Shown here: positions 40,727 to 51,056 of the stretch, in pieces | Numbering within the stretch: the first letter of the stretch is position 1 | Layout of the letters: the number at the start of each line of letters is the position of its first letter | Assembly: GCF_963974615.1 (NCBI RefSeq) | Contig: NZ_CAXBDH010000012.1 | Span: 29,270-93,269 of the forward strand | DNA from: an uncultured Brevundimonas sp. | GTDB lineage: Bacteria > Pseudomonadota > Alphaproteobacteria > Caulobacterales > Caulobacteraceae | Direction: 5' to 3' | Length of the DNA: 64,000 nucleotides | The notes under the pieces: model-generated | Told to the model about the DNA's origin: nothing | Seen by the model: the letters and a program-made list of their open reading frames with translations, nothing else | Database searches by the model: none | Made by a program: the position numbers and the translations under genes

Positions 40727-40819
40727 AATCGTAAAACCTGCGGAGCCGGTCGGAGTACGATCCTTGCTCTGGAACTCCCGGTTCGAAGCGACGTTAACGT
40801 TTCGATGCTGGAGGGCACG

Positions 40820-41047
40820 ATGCGTAAATCAGAACGGGTATTTTCACATGCGGAGCGTCAGGCCGCCGTATGGATTCTGGTTCTGGCCGCCCTGGTGACG
40901 GTGGCCGGACTGATGGTGGAACAGAGCTGGAGGCGCCCTTCCCTGGGTCCGGACGGTATCGACGCCTATGTCTTTGCTGCTCCGCCCGGTGTGCTTGATG
41001 CACGGCCCGTTATGGCCTCGCCCGGAAGTCTGAACGTCGGAACCTGA
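40820..41047 (+). CDS. Hypothetical small membrane protein (weak call)
   Basis: 75-aa ORF with GGAGGG 6 nt upstream of ATG 40820 and one hydrophobic helix (AAVWILVLAALVTVAGLMV). No similarity recognised. Confidence 0.3.
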   Translation: MRKSERVFSHAERQAAVWILVLAALVTVAGLMVEQSWRRPSLGPDGIDAYVFAAPPGVLDARPVMASPGSLNVGT

Positions 41048-41518
41048 CTAACCCTTGTCCCGCATCAGCCGGGCCTTGTCGCGCTGCCAGTCGCGGGTGG
41101 CTTCGGTCTCGCGTTTGTCGTGGAGTTTCTTGCCCTTGGCCAGCGCGATTTCCAGCTTCGCCTTGCCCGCCTCGTTCAGATAGAGCTTTACCGGGATGAT
41201 GGTCCGGCCCTCGCGCTGAACCGCCCCGATCAGCTTGTCGATCTGCTTGCGATGCAGCAGCAATTTCCGGTGCCGCCGCGGCTCGTGGTTGAACCGGTTG
41301 GCCTGTTTGTAGGGCGGGATATCGGAATTGATCAGGACGATCTCACGCCCTTCCACTGCGGCATAGCTTTCGGCGATATTGGCGCGACCATCGCGTAATG
41401 CCTTGATCTCGGTGCCCAGCAACTGGATGCCGGCCTCGACGAAATCCTCCAGGAAATAGTCATATCGTGCCCGCCGGTTCTCGGCGATCACCTTGGTCTT
41501 GGGTTTTTCCGAAGCCAT
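41048..41518 (-). CDS. smpB: SsrA-binding protein
   Basis: [14 protein letters not shown]...GTEIKALR...[19 protein letters not shown] is the canonical SmpB sequence. Confidence 0.95.
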   Translation of the reverse strand: MASEKPKTKVIAENRRARYDYFLEDFVEAGIQLLGTEIKALRDGRANIAESYAAVEGREIVLINSDIPPYKQANRFNHEPRRHRKLLLHRKQIDKLIGAVQREGRTIIPVKLYLNEAGKAKLEIALAKGKKLHDKRETEATRDWQRDKARLMRDKG

Positions 41519-42402
41519 CAGACCACGCCGGCCTCTGACATGGCGCGGTCGATGGCCGGTTTTACCGCCTCGGCCGTGGGCGCGAGCGGCAGGCGCACCG
41601 CCTCGTCACAGAGACCCAGTCGGGACAGGGCGTATTTGGCCGGGGCGGGGGAATTGTCGAGGAACATGGCCTTGTGCAACCCGATCAGCCGCTCCTGCCA
41701 CGACCGCGCCGTCGCCAGATCCCCGGCCATGAAAGCTTCGTACAGGGCGACCATTGCCTCCGGCGCGACGTTCGAGGTCACTGAAATCACCCCGACCCCG
41801 CCATTGGCCAGATAGCCGGGACAGCTGGGATCATCGCCCGAGATCAGATCGAAGGCCGCATCGATATTGGCGCGCATCCAGCTGGGGCGGGCCATATCGC
41901 CGGTGGCGTCCTTGATGCCGACGACATTGGGATGGATCGCCAGCCGCGCCACCGTCTCATTGGCCATATCGACCCCGGTTCGACCCGGAACATTGTACAG
42001 CAACATCGGCAGCTGCACGGCCTCGGCGATGGCCTCGAAATGCAGGGCCAGTCCCGTCTGTGACGGACGATTGTAATAGGGGGTCACCACCAGCGCCCCG
42101 TCGGCTCCGGCCGACTTGGCGTGACGGACCAGTTCGATAGCCTTGTCGGTGGCCGAAGACCCGGCCCCGGCGATGACCCGAACCCGCCCTGCAACGATCT
42201 TCACGCACAGTTCGACGACCCGTTTGTGCTCCTCGACATGCATGGTCGCGCTCTCGCCCGTCGTCCCCATCGGCACGAGGCCGTGAACTCCGGCCGCGAT
42301 CTGGCGTTCAACCAGACGCTCGAAAGCACTCTCGTCCACGTTTCCGTCACGAAGTGGTGTGATCAGGGCGGTGATCACGCCCTTGAACAAAGGCACGGTC
42401 AT
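41518..42402 (-). CDS. dapA: 4-hydroxy-tetrahydrodipicolinate synthase
   Basis: Start at [16 protein letters not shown]. Motifs GTTGES and YNVPGRT, with the Schiff-base Lys region ([10 protein letters not shown]). Confidence 0.9.
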   Translation of the reverse strand: MTVPLFKGVITALITPLRDGNVDESAFERLVERQIAAGVHGLVPMGTTGESATMHVEEHKRVVELCVKIVAGRVRVIAGAGSSATDKAIELVRHAKSAGADGALVVTPYYNRPSQTGLALHFEAIAEAVQLPMLLYNVPGRTGVDMANETVARLAIHPNVVGIKDATGDMARPSWMRANIDAAFDLISGDDPSCPGYLANGGVGVISVTSNVAPEAMVALYEAFMAGDLATARSWQERLIGLHKAMFLDNSPAPAKYALSRLGLCDEAVRLPLAPTAEAVKPAIDRAMSEAGVV

Positions 42403-42491
42403 TGAAACGATGGTCCTGCGTGGAAGTCGGGCGTTAATCGCCCGGAGTGAATGTAGGAGGGTAGGTTGCCGGCTGTTCGGCTGCAACCGGG

Positions 42492-44546
42492 ATGAATGGG
42501 ATCAGCAAGATCATGATTGCGACGACTCTGGCCGCCGCCCTGGCGATCCTCGCCCCCAGTCCCGAAACCCTGACCAGCCCGCAGGCGACACCCTATGTCG
42601 CCGGCGCGAGCTATCAGGGACGGATACTGACGGATCAGGATGCGGCGTTCTTCCGCGAGGGTCTGACGGCGGCGCGGGCACGCGACGTCATCGGCACGCG
42701 TGCCGTCACCGCCCGGATCAGCAATGCGACCGCGCGCAAGCTCATTGAATGGGCCCTGATCGACACCTCGGCCGATATCCTGCCCTTCAGCGATCTTGCC
42801 GCCGCCCAGACGACCCTTGCCGACTGGCCCCGGGGTGATTCGCGCGTACTCGCCGCCGAGCGGGCCCTGGACCTGGCTCCGACCGGCCCCGAGGCGACCC
42901 TCGCCTTTTTCTCCGGCCGGCCACCTGCAAGCATCTACGGGGTGATCGCCCTGGCCGACGCCCTTGACCGCAGCGGCCGGCGCGCCGAGGCCGAGACCCT
43001 GGTTCGGGAGTGGTGGCGGACCCGGTCGTTCGATTTCGCCGAACAGACCCGGATCCTGTCACGCTGGGGAAGCGCATTGTCCCAGGCGGATCATGAGGCC
43101 CGGCTGAACCAGTTGCTACTGGGCCCCCACGGCCCCGCGACCCGTGAGATGATGACCCTTGTCTCGCCCGCGAGACGCTCGGTTGCCGAGGCGGTTTTGG
43201 CCCTGCGCACGGCCTATAACGGCGACACGATCGTGGCCGGACTGACGCCCGCCCAGGCCATGGACCCGGCTGTCGTACTTGAGCGGGTCCGCCTCCTGCG
43301 TGCCTCCGGTCGGCAATCCGAAGGCTTCCGCCTGTTGTCGGCCCTGCCCGCCGCGCCGGGCCACAGCGAAGGGCAGAACGCCCTTTGGAGCGAACGGCGC
43401 AACTATTTCCTCGATGCCCTCGAGCGCCGTGAATGGCGCGCCGCCTATGACTCCATGGCCGCTCACGGCTTCCCGGGTGGCGAGCGCATGGTGGATGCGG
43501 AATTCTTTGCCGGCTGGGTGGCCCTGACCCGGTTGAACGACCCCGCGCTGGCAGCCCGTCATTTCGAGGCGCTGCGCAACATGTCCTCGACCCCGATTAC
43601 CCAGGGTCGGGCGCTCTACTGGCTCGGTCGCGCCGCCGACGCCCGGGGCGACACCGCCGCCGCCCAGGGCTGGTACCAGCAGGGATCCCGCTACATCCAG
43701 ACCTTCTACGGTCAGCTGGCCGCCGGGAAGGCCGGGATCACCACCCTGACCCTGCCGGCCGACCCGGTCCCGACCGAAGCCGATTCCGCACGGTTCGAGG
43801 CCAATGAGCTGGTTCGGGCCACCCGCATTCTCGGTGAAACCGGTGAGACCTCCCTGTTTCGCGTCTTCGCCTATCACCTCGATGACACCCTGCCGGGAAT
43901 CACGGATCTGGCCCTGCTGATGGACATGTCGCGTGGTTATGGCGAGGGCTTCACCGCCATGATGGTCGGTCGAACGGCCAGCCAGCGCGGCTATCTGATG
44001 CCGGAGCGCCAGTATCCGATCCGGATTCCGCCCCAGGTCGGTGGTGCCGCGCCCCTCGCCTTCACCCTCGCCATCACCCGCCAGGAGTCGAGCTTCGACC
44101 CCCGGGCCCGGTCGGGTGCCGATGCCCGTGGCATGATGCAGTTCCTGCCCTCCACCGGTGCGGCCGTGGCCCGGCAGCTGGGCATGCCGTTCAGTGCCGA
44201 CAGCCTGTGGGACCCGGACTACAATATGACCCTGGGCAGCTATCATCTCGGCGATCTGATGAACCGGTTCGGTGGCTCGATGCTGCTGACCACGGTCGGC
44301 TACAACGCCGGCCCGGCCCGACCGCCGCAGTGGATCGCGCGCTGCGGTGATCCGCGGGACGCCCAGAACGATCCGGTCGATTTTATCGAATGTGTTCCCT
44401 TCACAGAAACCCGTAACTACATGATGCGGGTCATGGAAAACATGGCAGTGTACAAGGCCAGACTGAACGGTGGCTCGGCCCCGCTGACGACCGCAACCGA
44501 CATCGCTCGTGGGGCACCGCCCGGGCCGCGTCCCTATCTGCCCTAG
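42492..44546 (+). CDS. slt: Soluble lytic murein transglycosylase (Slt70-like)
   Basis: Signal peptide, a long superhelical N-terminal region, and the C-terminal SLT catalytic motif [25 protein letters not shown]...GYNAGP. Confidence 0.8.
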   Translation: MNGISKIMIATTLAAALAILAPSPETLTSPQATPYVAGASYQGRILTDQDAAFFREGLTAARARDVIGTRAVTARISNATARKLIEWALIDTSADILPFSDLAAAQTTLADWPRGDSRVLAAERALDLAPTGPEATLAFFSGRPPASIYGVIALADALDRSGRRAEAETLVREWWRTRSFDFAEQTRILSRWGSALSQADHEARLNQLLLGPHGPATREMMTLVSPARRSVAEAVLALRTAYNGDTIVAGLTPAQAMDPAVVLERVRLLRASGRQSEGFRLLSALPAAPGHSEGQNALWSERRNYFLDALERREWRAAYDSMAAHGFPGGERMVDAEFFAGWVALTRLNDPALAARHFEALRNMSSTPITQGRALYWLGRAADARGDTAAAQGWYQQGSRYIQTFYGQLAAGKAGITTLTLPADPVPTEADSARFEANELVRATRILGETGETSLFRVFAYHLDDTLPGITDLALLMDMSRGYGEGFTAMMVGRTASQRGYLMPERQYPIRIPPQVGGAAPLAFTLAITRQESSFDPRARSGADARGMMQFLPSTGAAVARQLGMPFSADSLWDPDYNMTLGSYHLGDLMNRFGGSMLLTTVGYNAGPARPPQWIARCGDPRDAQNDPVDFIECVPFTETRNYMMRVMENMAVYKARLNGGSAPLTTATDIARGAPPGPRPYLP

Positions 44547-44593
44547 AGCGAAACCCGGGCCCTGAACGCGGATTCGGTCTGGACCGGTTTGAT

Positions 44594-45364
44594 TCAGGGT
44601 CGATCCGGGACGGCATGGCGACGGGCGGCCAGCAGCGGCCCGTCCGGGCCGTCGACCCAGACCGCGTTCAGCCCGAACACCCGGCGCAGGACCTCGGGCC
44701 GCAGGGCGTGCCCGGGGACGCCGTCCTCAACCACCTCACCACCATCCAGCACCACCACCCGGTCCGCGAACCGGGCGGCCAGCGCCAGATCGTGCAGACT
44801 GACCAGAACCGCCTGACCACCCCGGGCGCGGGCCGTCAGCCGTTCCAGCACCATCAGCTGGGCGTCAGGATCCAGACCCGCGATCGGTTCATCGGCCAGC
44901 AGGGCCCGGGCATGAGTGGTCAGCAGCCGCGCCAGCAATACCCGGGCGCGTTCCCCGCCGGACATTTCGGACACGCCCCGGTCGCCCAGATGAGCGATAT
45001 CGACTTCCGTCAGCGCCGCCCGGGCCCGGGCCGTCGCCGCCTCGCCCGTCAGCCAGGGGGCTCCCAGGGCGGCGACCTCCACGGCCGGCAGATTCCAGGC
45101 GATTCGTCGTTCCTGCGGCAGATAGGCGACCCGCTCGGCGCGCACTCGCGGTGTCAGTTCCGCCACATCCTCACCGGCCAGCGTCGCCCGGCCCTCGGTC
45201 AGGGGCAGCAGGCCCAGCATCGCGCGTATGGCGCTCGACTTGCCGGCCCCGTTGGGCCCGCACAGGGCCACGATCTCGCCCGGCGCGACGGCAAGGCTCA
45301 CCGTCTTCAGCACCGGCCGCCCGCCGATCGTCGCCGAGACTGTTTCCAGACCCGCCGCGCTCAC
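44594..45364 (-). CDS. ABC transporter ATP-binding protein (FecE/BtuD/HmuV type)
   Basis: Walker A GPNGAGKSS, signature MSGGERARV, Walker B LLADEP. GTG start forms a GTGA overlap with the permease stop. The 535-aa track ORF is a read-through artefact. Confidence 0.85.
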   Translation of the reverse strand: MSAAGLETVSATIGGRPVLKTVSLAVAPGEIVALCGPNGAGKSSAIRAMLGLLPLTEGRATLAGEDVAELTPRVRAERVAYLPQERRIAWNLPAVEVAALGAPWLTGEAATARARAALTEVDIAHLGDRGVSEMSGGERARVLLARLLTTHARALLADEPIAGLDPDAQLMVLERLTARARGGQAVLVSLHDLALAARFADRVVVLDGGEVVEDGVPGHALRPEVLRRVFGLNAVWVDGPDGPLLAARRHAVPDRP

Positions 45365-46359
45365 AGCCGCCACTCCCGCGCGGCCCGCCAGGCGATCAGG
45401 GCGAACAGCGGGGCCCCGACCAGGGCGGTGAACACCCCCAGCTTCAACTCCTGATCCGTCGGGGTCAGCCGCGCCGCCAGATCGGCGACGACCAGCATCA
45501 GTCCGCCGGCCAACGCCGAGGGCAGCAGCAGCCGCCCCGGATCCCCCCGCACCGCGGCGCGCACCAGATGTGGCGCCGCCAGGCCGACGAACCCGATCAC
45601 GCCCGCAACGGCGACGGCAGCCCCGGCCGCAACGGTGGCGGCGATCAGGGCGAACAGACGCAACCGCATCATCGGCAGGCCCGAGGTCGCGGCCGTCTCC
45701 TCGCCCAGCGACAACAGCCTCAGTCCGGGGGCCGCCAGCACGGCGAAACCAGCCGAGACCAGCACGGCCGGTGTCACCCACGCCACATCGATCCAGCTGC
45801 GGTTCTGCACCGAGCCCATCAACCAGCTCATCACCTCGGCCGTAGCGATCGGCGACGGGGACAGGTTGAAGATCAGGGCGGTCGCCGCTCCGGCAAAACT
45901 CGACAGCGCCACCCCGAACAGGATCAGGGCCTCCGGTGCCCTGACCCGGGCCGAGAACAGGATCAGCAGCACCCCGGCGACCGTCGCACCGATCATGGCC
46001 GCGATCTCGACTGTGCCCGGAATCGCCGCGGCCCCCATGACGATGGCGAAGGCCGCGCCGAGGGCTGCTGTCGCCGACACGCCCAGCACACCCGGATCGG
46101 CCAGCGGATTGCGCAGCAGTCCCTGCATCACGGCACCCGACAGCCCCAGCGCAGCCCCCACCATCAGGGCGGCGACAGCCCGCGGGGCCCGGACCTGCCA
46201 CAAGACCTCGGCGGGACCCGATTGCAGATGGGTCAGGGCCTCGGCGTACAGGGCCATGCTGAAGACGCTCTCACCCAGGGTGATCGCGAAAATCAGGGCC
46301 ACAAGGATCAACACGGCCAGAACCGCCGTCAGTCCCGTCTGCCTGAACACCCGGCTCAT
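45361..46359 (-). CDS. FecCD-family ABC transporter permease (BtuC/HmuU-like)
   Basis: 332-aa polytopic protein with FecCD features (LLRNPLADPGVLGVS, GVIGFVGLAAPH). Confidence 0.85.
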   Translation of the reverse strand: MSRVFRQTGLTAVLAVLILVALIFAITLGESVFSMALYAEALTHLQSGPAEVLWQVRAPRAVAALMVGAALGLSGAVMQGLLRNPLADPGVLGVSATAALGAAFAIVMGAAAIPGTVEIAAMIGATVAGVLLILFSARVRAPEALILFGVALSSFAGAATALIFNLSPSPIATAEVMSWLMGSVQNRSWIDVAWVTPAVLVSAGFAVLAAPGLRLLSLGEETAATSGLPMMRLRLFALIAATVAAGAAVAVAGVIGFVGLAAPHLVRAAVRGDPGRLLLPSALAGGLMLVVADLAARLTPTDQELKLGVFTALVGAPLFALIAWRAAREWRL

Positions 46360-47153
46360 GGTGCCGCCGCCAGCATCGCGGCGGCATCGGCCGCAAACCA
46401 GGCCGGGCAGGACAGCACCGCTGACGGCAGGATGGCCGCGACATGACCCGAGGCGGCCCGACGCACCACGGGATGACGTCCCGCCCCGCGCCAGTCGGCA
46501 CGAACCTGATCGAAGAAACCCAGTATGAACCGCGCCGGGGGAGCCAGGGCGATCCGCTCGACACTGACCGGCGCAAAGCCCGGCCCCAAGGCCAGATTGG
46601 TGAACCCGGCCGCGACCAGAATCGCCCCGACCAGGGTCTCGCGTCCGGCCGTAAAGCCACCGGCCGTCAGATAGAGGGCGGTGCGGTGCGGGTCCGCAGG
46701 TCGCTTCGCCTCTGCCAACCGGGCATCCATTCGCTGAATCATGCGCTCGCCGCGCCCGGTCTGTCCCAGTCCCCGGGCAAGCGCGCGCACATTGGCCTGC
46801 ACCCCGGCCATATCCGGGGTCTCGTTGATCATCAGAACCCGGCTTCCCCGCCGTTCCAGCGCCGCCAGCAGACGCGGCTCACCGCCCCAGTAGCGAACCA
46901 CCACATCCGGCTGGAAGGCGATCGCCGCCTCCAGGGTCGGCCGAACCCTGCGGTGCCCGCGGGCCGCATTACGCATCCAGGAATCGGGGTCGTCGGCGCG
47001 CGGCGACAGCGCCAGTTCGGCCTCGGGGGCCAGGGCCAGAACATACTGGTCAGCGCACTGGTCCAGCGACAGAATCCGCAACGGCCGCGCCGATACGGGT
47101 GCCGCTATGACCGTCAGAATGGCGACCAGGGTCGCTACCTTGTCCGGCCTCAC
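46356..47153 (-). CDS. Periplasmic substrate-binding protein, class III (BtuF/HmuT-like)
   Basis: Start re-placed at GTG 47153 (GTGA overlap with the tetR stop), giving signal VATLVAILTVIAAPVSA and then RILSLDQCADQYVLAL. 4-nt overlap with the permease start. Confidence 0.7.
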   Translation of the reverse strand: MRPDKVATLVAILTVIAAPVSARPLRILSLDQCADQYVLALAPEAELALSPRADDPDSWMRNAARGHRRVRPTLEAAIAFQPDVVVRYWGGEPRLLAALERRGSRVLMINETPDMAGVQANVRALARGLGQTGRGERMIQRMDARLAEAKRPADPHRTALYLTAGGFTAGRETLVGAILVAAGFTNLALGPGFAPVSVERIALAPPARFILGFFDQVRADWRGAGRHPVVRRAASGHVAAILPSAVLSCPAWFAADAAAMLAAAP

Positions 47154-47782
47154 GGCTTGAGCAGGCCTGTGAACAGGGCGTCCAGCATCGTTTTCACCAG
47201 CAGGTCGCGGTCGACCCAGTCCAGATGCGGCTTGGTGATCATCAGGGACACGATGCCGTGCCCGCCGGCCCACAGGGCCTGGGCCGTCGCCCGACCGTCG
47301 CCGCGCAGATATCCGGCCCGACCCGCATCGACGACTGCGGTCTCAAACGACCGGTACAATTCCGCCCCGGTCTGTTGCGCCGTCGAGACCGGGGTCCCTC
47401 CGACCTCGGTGGACCGGGTCAGATAGACCAGACGATAGGCGTTCGGATTGGCAAAACCGAAACGGACATAGGCGTCAATCATCCGGCGCATCCGCAACAC
47501 CGGATCATCGGTTTCGGCCAAAACCGCGCGGTTCAGGGCAATCAGGGCCTCAAAGGCCTGACGGCAAATCTCGTCTAGGATCGCGCGCTTATCGGGGAAA
47601 TGCATGTAGAGCGCGGTCGAGGACAGACCGACCTCATCGGCGATCTTGCGGATCGTGGCCCCCTCATAGCCGCGGTCGACGAAGATACGTTCGGCGGCCT
47701 CCAGGATTTCGGCGCGCCGCTCATGACCTTCGCCTTTCGGCTTGCGCGCAGACCGTGGGTTGAGGGTGATAACGCCGGACAA
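47150..47782 (-). CDS. TetR/AcrR family transcriptional regulator
   Basis: N-terminal HTH (ILEAAERIFVDRGYEGATIRKIADEVGLSSTALYMHF). TTG start. First gene of the four-gene overlapping operon. Confidence 0.85.
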   Translation of the reverse strand: MSGVITLNPRSARKPKGEGHERRAEILEAAERIFVDRGYEGATIRKIADEVGLSSTALYMHFPDKRAILDEICRQAFEALIALNRAVLAETDDPVLRMRRMIDAYVRFGFANPNAYRLVYLTRSTEVGGTPVSTAQQTGAELYRSFETAVVDAGRAGYLRGDGRATAQALWAGGHGIVSLMITKPHLDWVDRDLLVKTMLDALFTGLLKP

Positions 47783-47858
47783 TCCCGCACTCCGAAAGAC
47801 CAGATCCCTGAATAGCGGTATTTGGCTGGCACCGCCAACGCCACACGTATGCCGCTTG

Positions 47859-47875
47859 CGAATAGTTAATACTCG
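47859..47875. promoter_or_regulatory. Candidate operator: AT-rich imperfect palindrome in the tetR / GT2 divergent region
   Basis: CGAATAGTTAATACTCG pairs at 6 of 8 symmetric positions around a central T. It sits in a strikingly AT-rich 35-nt patch within otherwise GC-rich DNA. Function is not demonstrated. Confidence 0.2.
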
Positions 47876-47890
47876 TTATACGGGTATATA

Positions 47891-49327
47891 ATGGCGGGAG
47901 CGACGATCCGTTCACTGGCGACCCGGACGCGCGACCGCGCGGCGGCCGATGACACCCCGCCCCGAAGTGCCTCGCGGATCGGGGCGACCCCGGCCCAGGC
48001 GGCAGTAGGTCTGGTTTTTGTGACGGCCCTGACGTTAGCGATCATTTGGTGGCCGGTGGCCACATCGCTCGCGAGTGAGCTGCTGGTCGCGGGCATCTTT
48101 CTTCTCTGTGGCGTCTGGCGAATTGCCCTGGTGATCCTCAGCCGGCCCGGCACCGGATCCCCGCCCACGCCGACCCGGTGGCCCCGCTATACTGTCCTGG
48201 TGCCGCTCCATGACGAGGTTGAGGTCATGGCCCAGCTGGTGCGTCGCCTGTCGGCGATCGACTATCCTGCGGACCGGCTGGAAGGCTGGCTGATCCTTGA
48301 GGCGCATGACCACGCGACGCTTGAGGCGGCCGTGAGCACGCCGCGACCCGACTGGCTGAATCTGATGGTCGTCCCGCCCGGCAAGCCCGGCACCAAGCCG
48401 CGGGCCCTGAATTTCGCCCTGCCCCGCATCAGGGGCGAGCTCCTGACGGTCTATGACGCCGAAGATGCGCCACATCCGCGACAGCTGAAGGAGGCGGCCA
48501 GTCATTTCGCGGCCGACGGAACCGGGCGGCTGGCCTGTCTCCAGGCCCCGCTGCGCGTGCGCATCGACCCCTCCACTCCCAGCTTTCTGGGACACCAGTT
48601 CGCCGCCGAATACGCCGCCCTGTTCGAGGTCATCCTGCCGGCCATGAGCCGGATCGGCCTGCCGTTTCCACTGGGCGGCACCAGCAATCATTTCCGGGTC
48701 GACGTGCTGCGCTCGGTCGGCGGCTGGGACGCCTGGAACGTCACCGAGGACGCCGATCTTGGCTTTCGTCTGTGGCGTCACGGCTGGCGTCTGGGCGTGA
48801 TCGGCAGCCCAACCCGGGAGGCCCCGCCGGTAACGCTGGAACAGTGGCTGCCCCAGAGAACCCGATGGCTGAAAGGCTATATGCAGACCTGGGGTGTTCA
48901 TACCCGTGACCTGACGGGACTGGGCGCGCGCGGGGTGGTGTCGCTGATCATGACACTCGGGGTCGCTCTGATTTCCGCGGCCGTTCATGCGCCCTCGCTG
49001 GCCTGGATCGCGACGGCCGTCGTCATCGCCGCGGTCACGGGCCTGCCGCCGGCGACACCTGCGCCGACGCTCGGAGTCTTCCTGCTAGGGACTTCGGCGG
49101 CCTGGCTGACCTGTGCCATCGGCGCGCGCCGGGCCGGACTGCCCTATCATGTCCGGGATATGCTCATCGCCCCGGCCTACTGGTCCCTGCTCAGCCTCGC
49201 CTTCGCCCACGCGCTGTGGCGGCTGATCCGCGAGCCCTTCATCTGGGACAAGACCCGCCACAAGGCCGATCCGGTCGAGGCCATCGACACCGTCCCCGCC
49301 GCCGACTCTGGACGAATGGCCGCCTGA
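47891..49327 (+). CDS. Membrane glycosyltransferase family 2 (processive, NodC/cellulose-synthase-like architecture)
   Basis: N-terminal TM helices, GT2 core (YTVLVPLHDE, YDAEDA, QRTRWLKG matching Q(R/Q)xRW) and C-terminal TM helices. Confidence 0.75.
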   Translation: MAGATIRSLATRTRDRAAADDTPPRSASRIGATPAQAAVGLVFVTALTLAIIWWPVATSLASELLVAGIFLLCGVWRIALVILSRPGTGSPPTPTRWPRYTVLVPLHDEVEVMAQLVRRLSAIDYPADRLEGWLILEAHDHATLEAAVSTPRPDWLNLMVVPPGKPGTKPRALNFALPRIRGELLTVYDAEDAPHPRQLKEAASHFAADGTGRLACLQAPLRVRIDPSTPSFLGHQFAAEYAALFEVILPAMSRIGLPFPLGGTSNHFRVDVLRSVGGWDAWNVTEDADLGFRLWRHGWRLGVIGSPTREAPPVTLEQWLPQRTRWLKGYMQTWGVHTRDLTGLGARGVVSLIMTLGVALISAAVHAPSLAWIATAVVIAAVTGLPPATPAPTLGVFLLGTSAAWLTCAIGARRAGLPYHVRDMLIAPAYWSLLSLAFAHALWRLIREPFIWDKTRHKADPVEAIDTVPAADSGRMAA

Positions 49328-49344
49328 GCGCCTATCAGCCGACA

Positions 49345-50259
49345 ATGGCTCCGGTTCTGTCCCCCACACCTGAAACCCTCGTCACGCGGGGCTGGCCCGA
49401 CTACGCCCTGCTCGACAGCGGCGACGGTCGCAAGCTGGAGCGCTATGGCCGCCACACCGTGGTCCGGCCCGAGCCCCAGTGTTTCTGGTCGCCGCGCGAT
49501 CCCGAGGCCTTCACCCGGGCCGACGCGATCTTTGACCCGCAGGACGAGGACGACGACGGGCGCTGGCGTTTCGCCGACGGCGCGATCGCCGACTTCCCGC
49601 TGGCCTGGCGCGATGTTCGCTTCACCAGCCGCTTCACCCCGTTCCGCCATCTGGCCTTCTTCCCCGAACAGGCGGCCAACTGGGACTGGCTGGACGGCCG
49701 CGTTCGCGCGCTGGTCAAGGAACGCAAGGACGGGCCGCGCCCGAAGATCCTCAACCTGTTCGGCTATACCGGTGTCGCCAGTCTGGCCTGCGCTGCCGCC
49801 GGGGCCGAGGTCACCCATGTCGACGCCTCCAAAAAGTCGGTCGCCTGGGCCCGCGAGAACGCCGAACTGTCCGGCATGTCGAACAAGCCGATCCGCTGGA
49901 TCGTCGAGGACGCCCGCAAATATGTGGCCCGCGAGGTCCGCCGCGGATCGAAATACGACGGCATCATCCTCGACCCACCCAAATACGGACGCGGCCCGAC
50001 CGGTGAGGTCTGGCGGCTGTTCGAGGACCTGCCCGGTCTGGTGACCGACTGCGCCGCCCTGCTGGGCGACGACGCCTCCTTCCTGCTGCTCAACGCCTAT
50101 GCCGCCCGCATCTCGGGCCTGTCCCTGGCCCATGTGATGGCCGAGGCTACCGCCAGCCGGGGTGGCCGGATCGACTGGGGCGAACTGGCCCTGGCCGAGG
50201 ACGGCAAGGACGGCCGCGCCATCGGCCTCAGCTTCTTCTCGCGCTGGAGCGACCGGTGA
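49345..50259 (+). CDS. Class I SAM-dependent RNA methyltransferase (RlmI-like catalytic domain, no PUA)
   Basis: Start at MAPVLSP. Motif I ILNLFGYTGVASLA, motif IV IILDPPKYG. The specific target is unknown. Confidence 0.65.
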   Translation: MAPVLSPTPETLVTRGWPDYALLDSGDGRKLERYGRHTVVRPEPQCFWSPRDPEAFTRADAIFDPQDEDDDGRWRFADGAIADFPLAWRDVRFTSRFTPFRHLAFFPEQAANWDWLDGRVRALVKERKDGPRPKILNLFGYTGVASLACAAAGAEVTHVDASKKSVAWARENAELSGMSNKPIRWIVEDARKYVAREVRRGSKYDGIILDPPKYGRGPTGEVWRLFEDLPGLVTDCAALLGDDASFLLLNAYAARISGLSLAHVMAEATASRGGRIDWGELALAEDGKDGRAIGLSFFSRWSDR

Positions 50260-51056
50260 GCGACGACCGCCTGATCACCTCCCTGACCAATGACACGGTC
50301 AAGGCCGTGCGCGCTCTGCATATGCGCAAGGAACGCGAGGCCACCGGCCGCTTCCTGGCCGAGGGGCTGAAATTCATCGGCGAGGCGCTGGATCAGGGCC
50401 GTACCCCCAGCCTGCTGATGGTCGGGATGGAGGCGCGGCCGCATCCGTTGCTGGACCGGGCCATGGCCGAGACCCGCGCCGCCGGTGGCGAAGTGGTCAC
50501 CGTCACCCACCCGATCCTCGAAAAGATCAGCCGCCGCGACAATCCGCAGACCGTGCTGGGCGTGTTCGACCAGACCTTCGTTAAACTGACCGACATCGAC
50601 CCCGCCTCGGCCCCCTGCTGGGTGGCGCTGGAGCAGGTCCGCGACCCCGGCAATCTGGGCACCATCATCCGCACCGCCGATTCCGCCGGCTGTGGCGGGG
50701 TGATCCTGATCGGCGACTGCGTCGACCCCTATTCGGTCGAGGCCGTGCGCGCGACCATGGGCTCGGTCTTCGCCGTGGCCATCGCCCGCTGCACCGCCGA
50801 GGCCTTTCTCGACTGGCGCGCGACCTGGCCCGGCAGCGTCATCGGCACCCGACTGGACGCGACCCACGGCTATCGCGACGCGCCGGTGCGGACTCCGGCC
50901 CTGATCCTGATGGGCAATGAGCAAGCCGGCCTGACCGACACCCTCGCCGCCGCCTGCGACGTCAACGTCAAGATCCCAATGCGCGGCCGCGCCGACAGCC
51001 TGAACCTGGCCGTGGCCACCGGGGTGATGATTTATGCGGTGACGGACGGACCCTAG
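50256..51056 (+). CDS. TrmH/SpoU family RNA 2'-O-methyltransferase
   Basis: SPOUT motifs (LEQVRDPGNLGTIIRTADSAG, LIMGNEQAGL, IPMRGRADSLNLAVA). GTG start forms a GTGA overlap with the preceding gene. Confidence 0.8.
   Translation: MSDDRLITSLTNDTVKAVRALHMRKEREATGRFLAEGLKFIGEALDQGRTPSLLMVGMEARPHPLLDRAMAETRAAGGEVVTVTHPILEKISRRDNPQTVLGVFDQTFVKLTDIDPASAPCWVALEQVRDPGNLGTIIRTADSAGCGGVILIGDCVDPYSVEAVRATMGSVFAVAIARCTAEAFLDWRATWPGSVIGTRLDATHGYRDAPVRTPALILMGNEQAGLTDTLAAACDVNVKIPMRGRADSLNLAVATGVMIYAVTDGP

Noticed and set aside
40727-41047. tmRNA (ssrA) next to smpB.
   Set aside because: No tRNA-Ala-like acceptor/T-arm or tag-reading-frame features are present. The region is better explained by a weak small ORF with a good RBS.
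47783-47890. Cobalamin riboswitch upstream of the BtuFCD-like operon.
   Set aside because: No B12-box-like element (AGYCMGGAGACCKGCC type) on either strand. The region is too short and is occupied by the divergent promoters.
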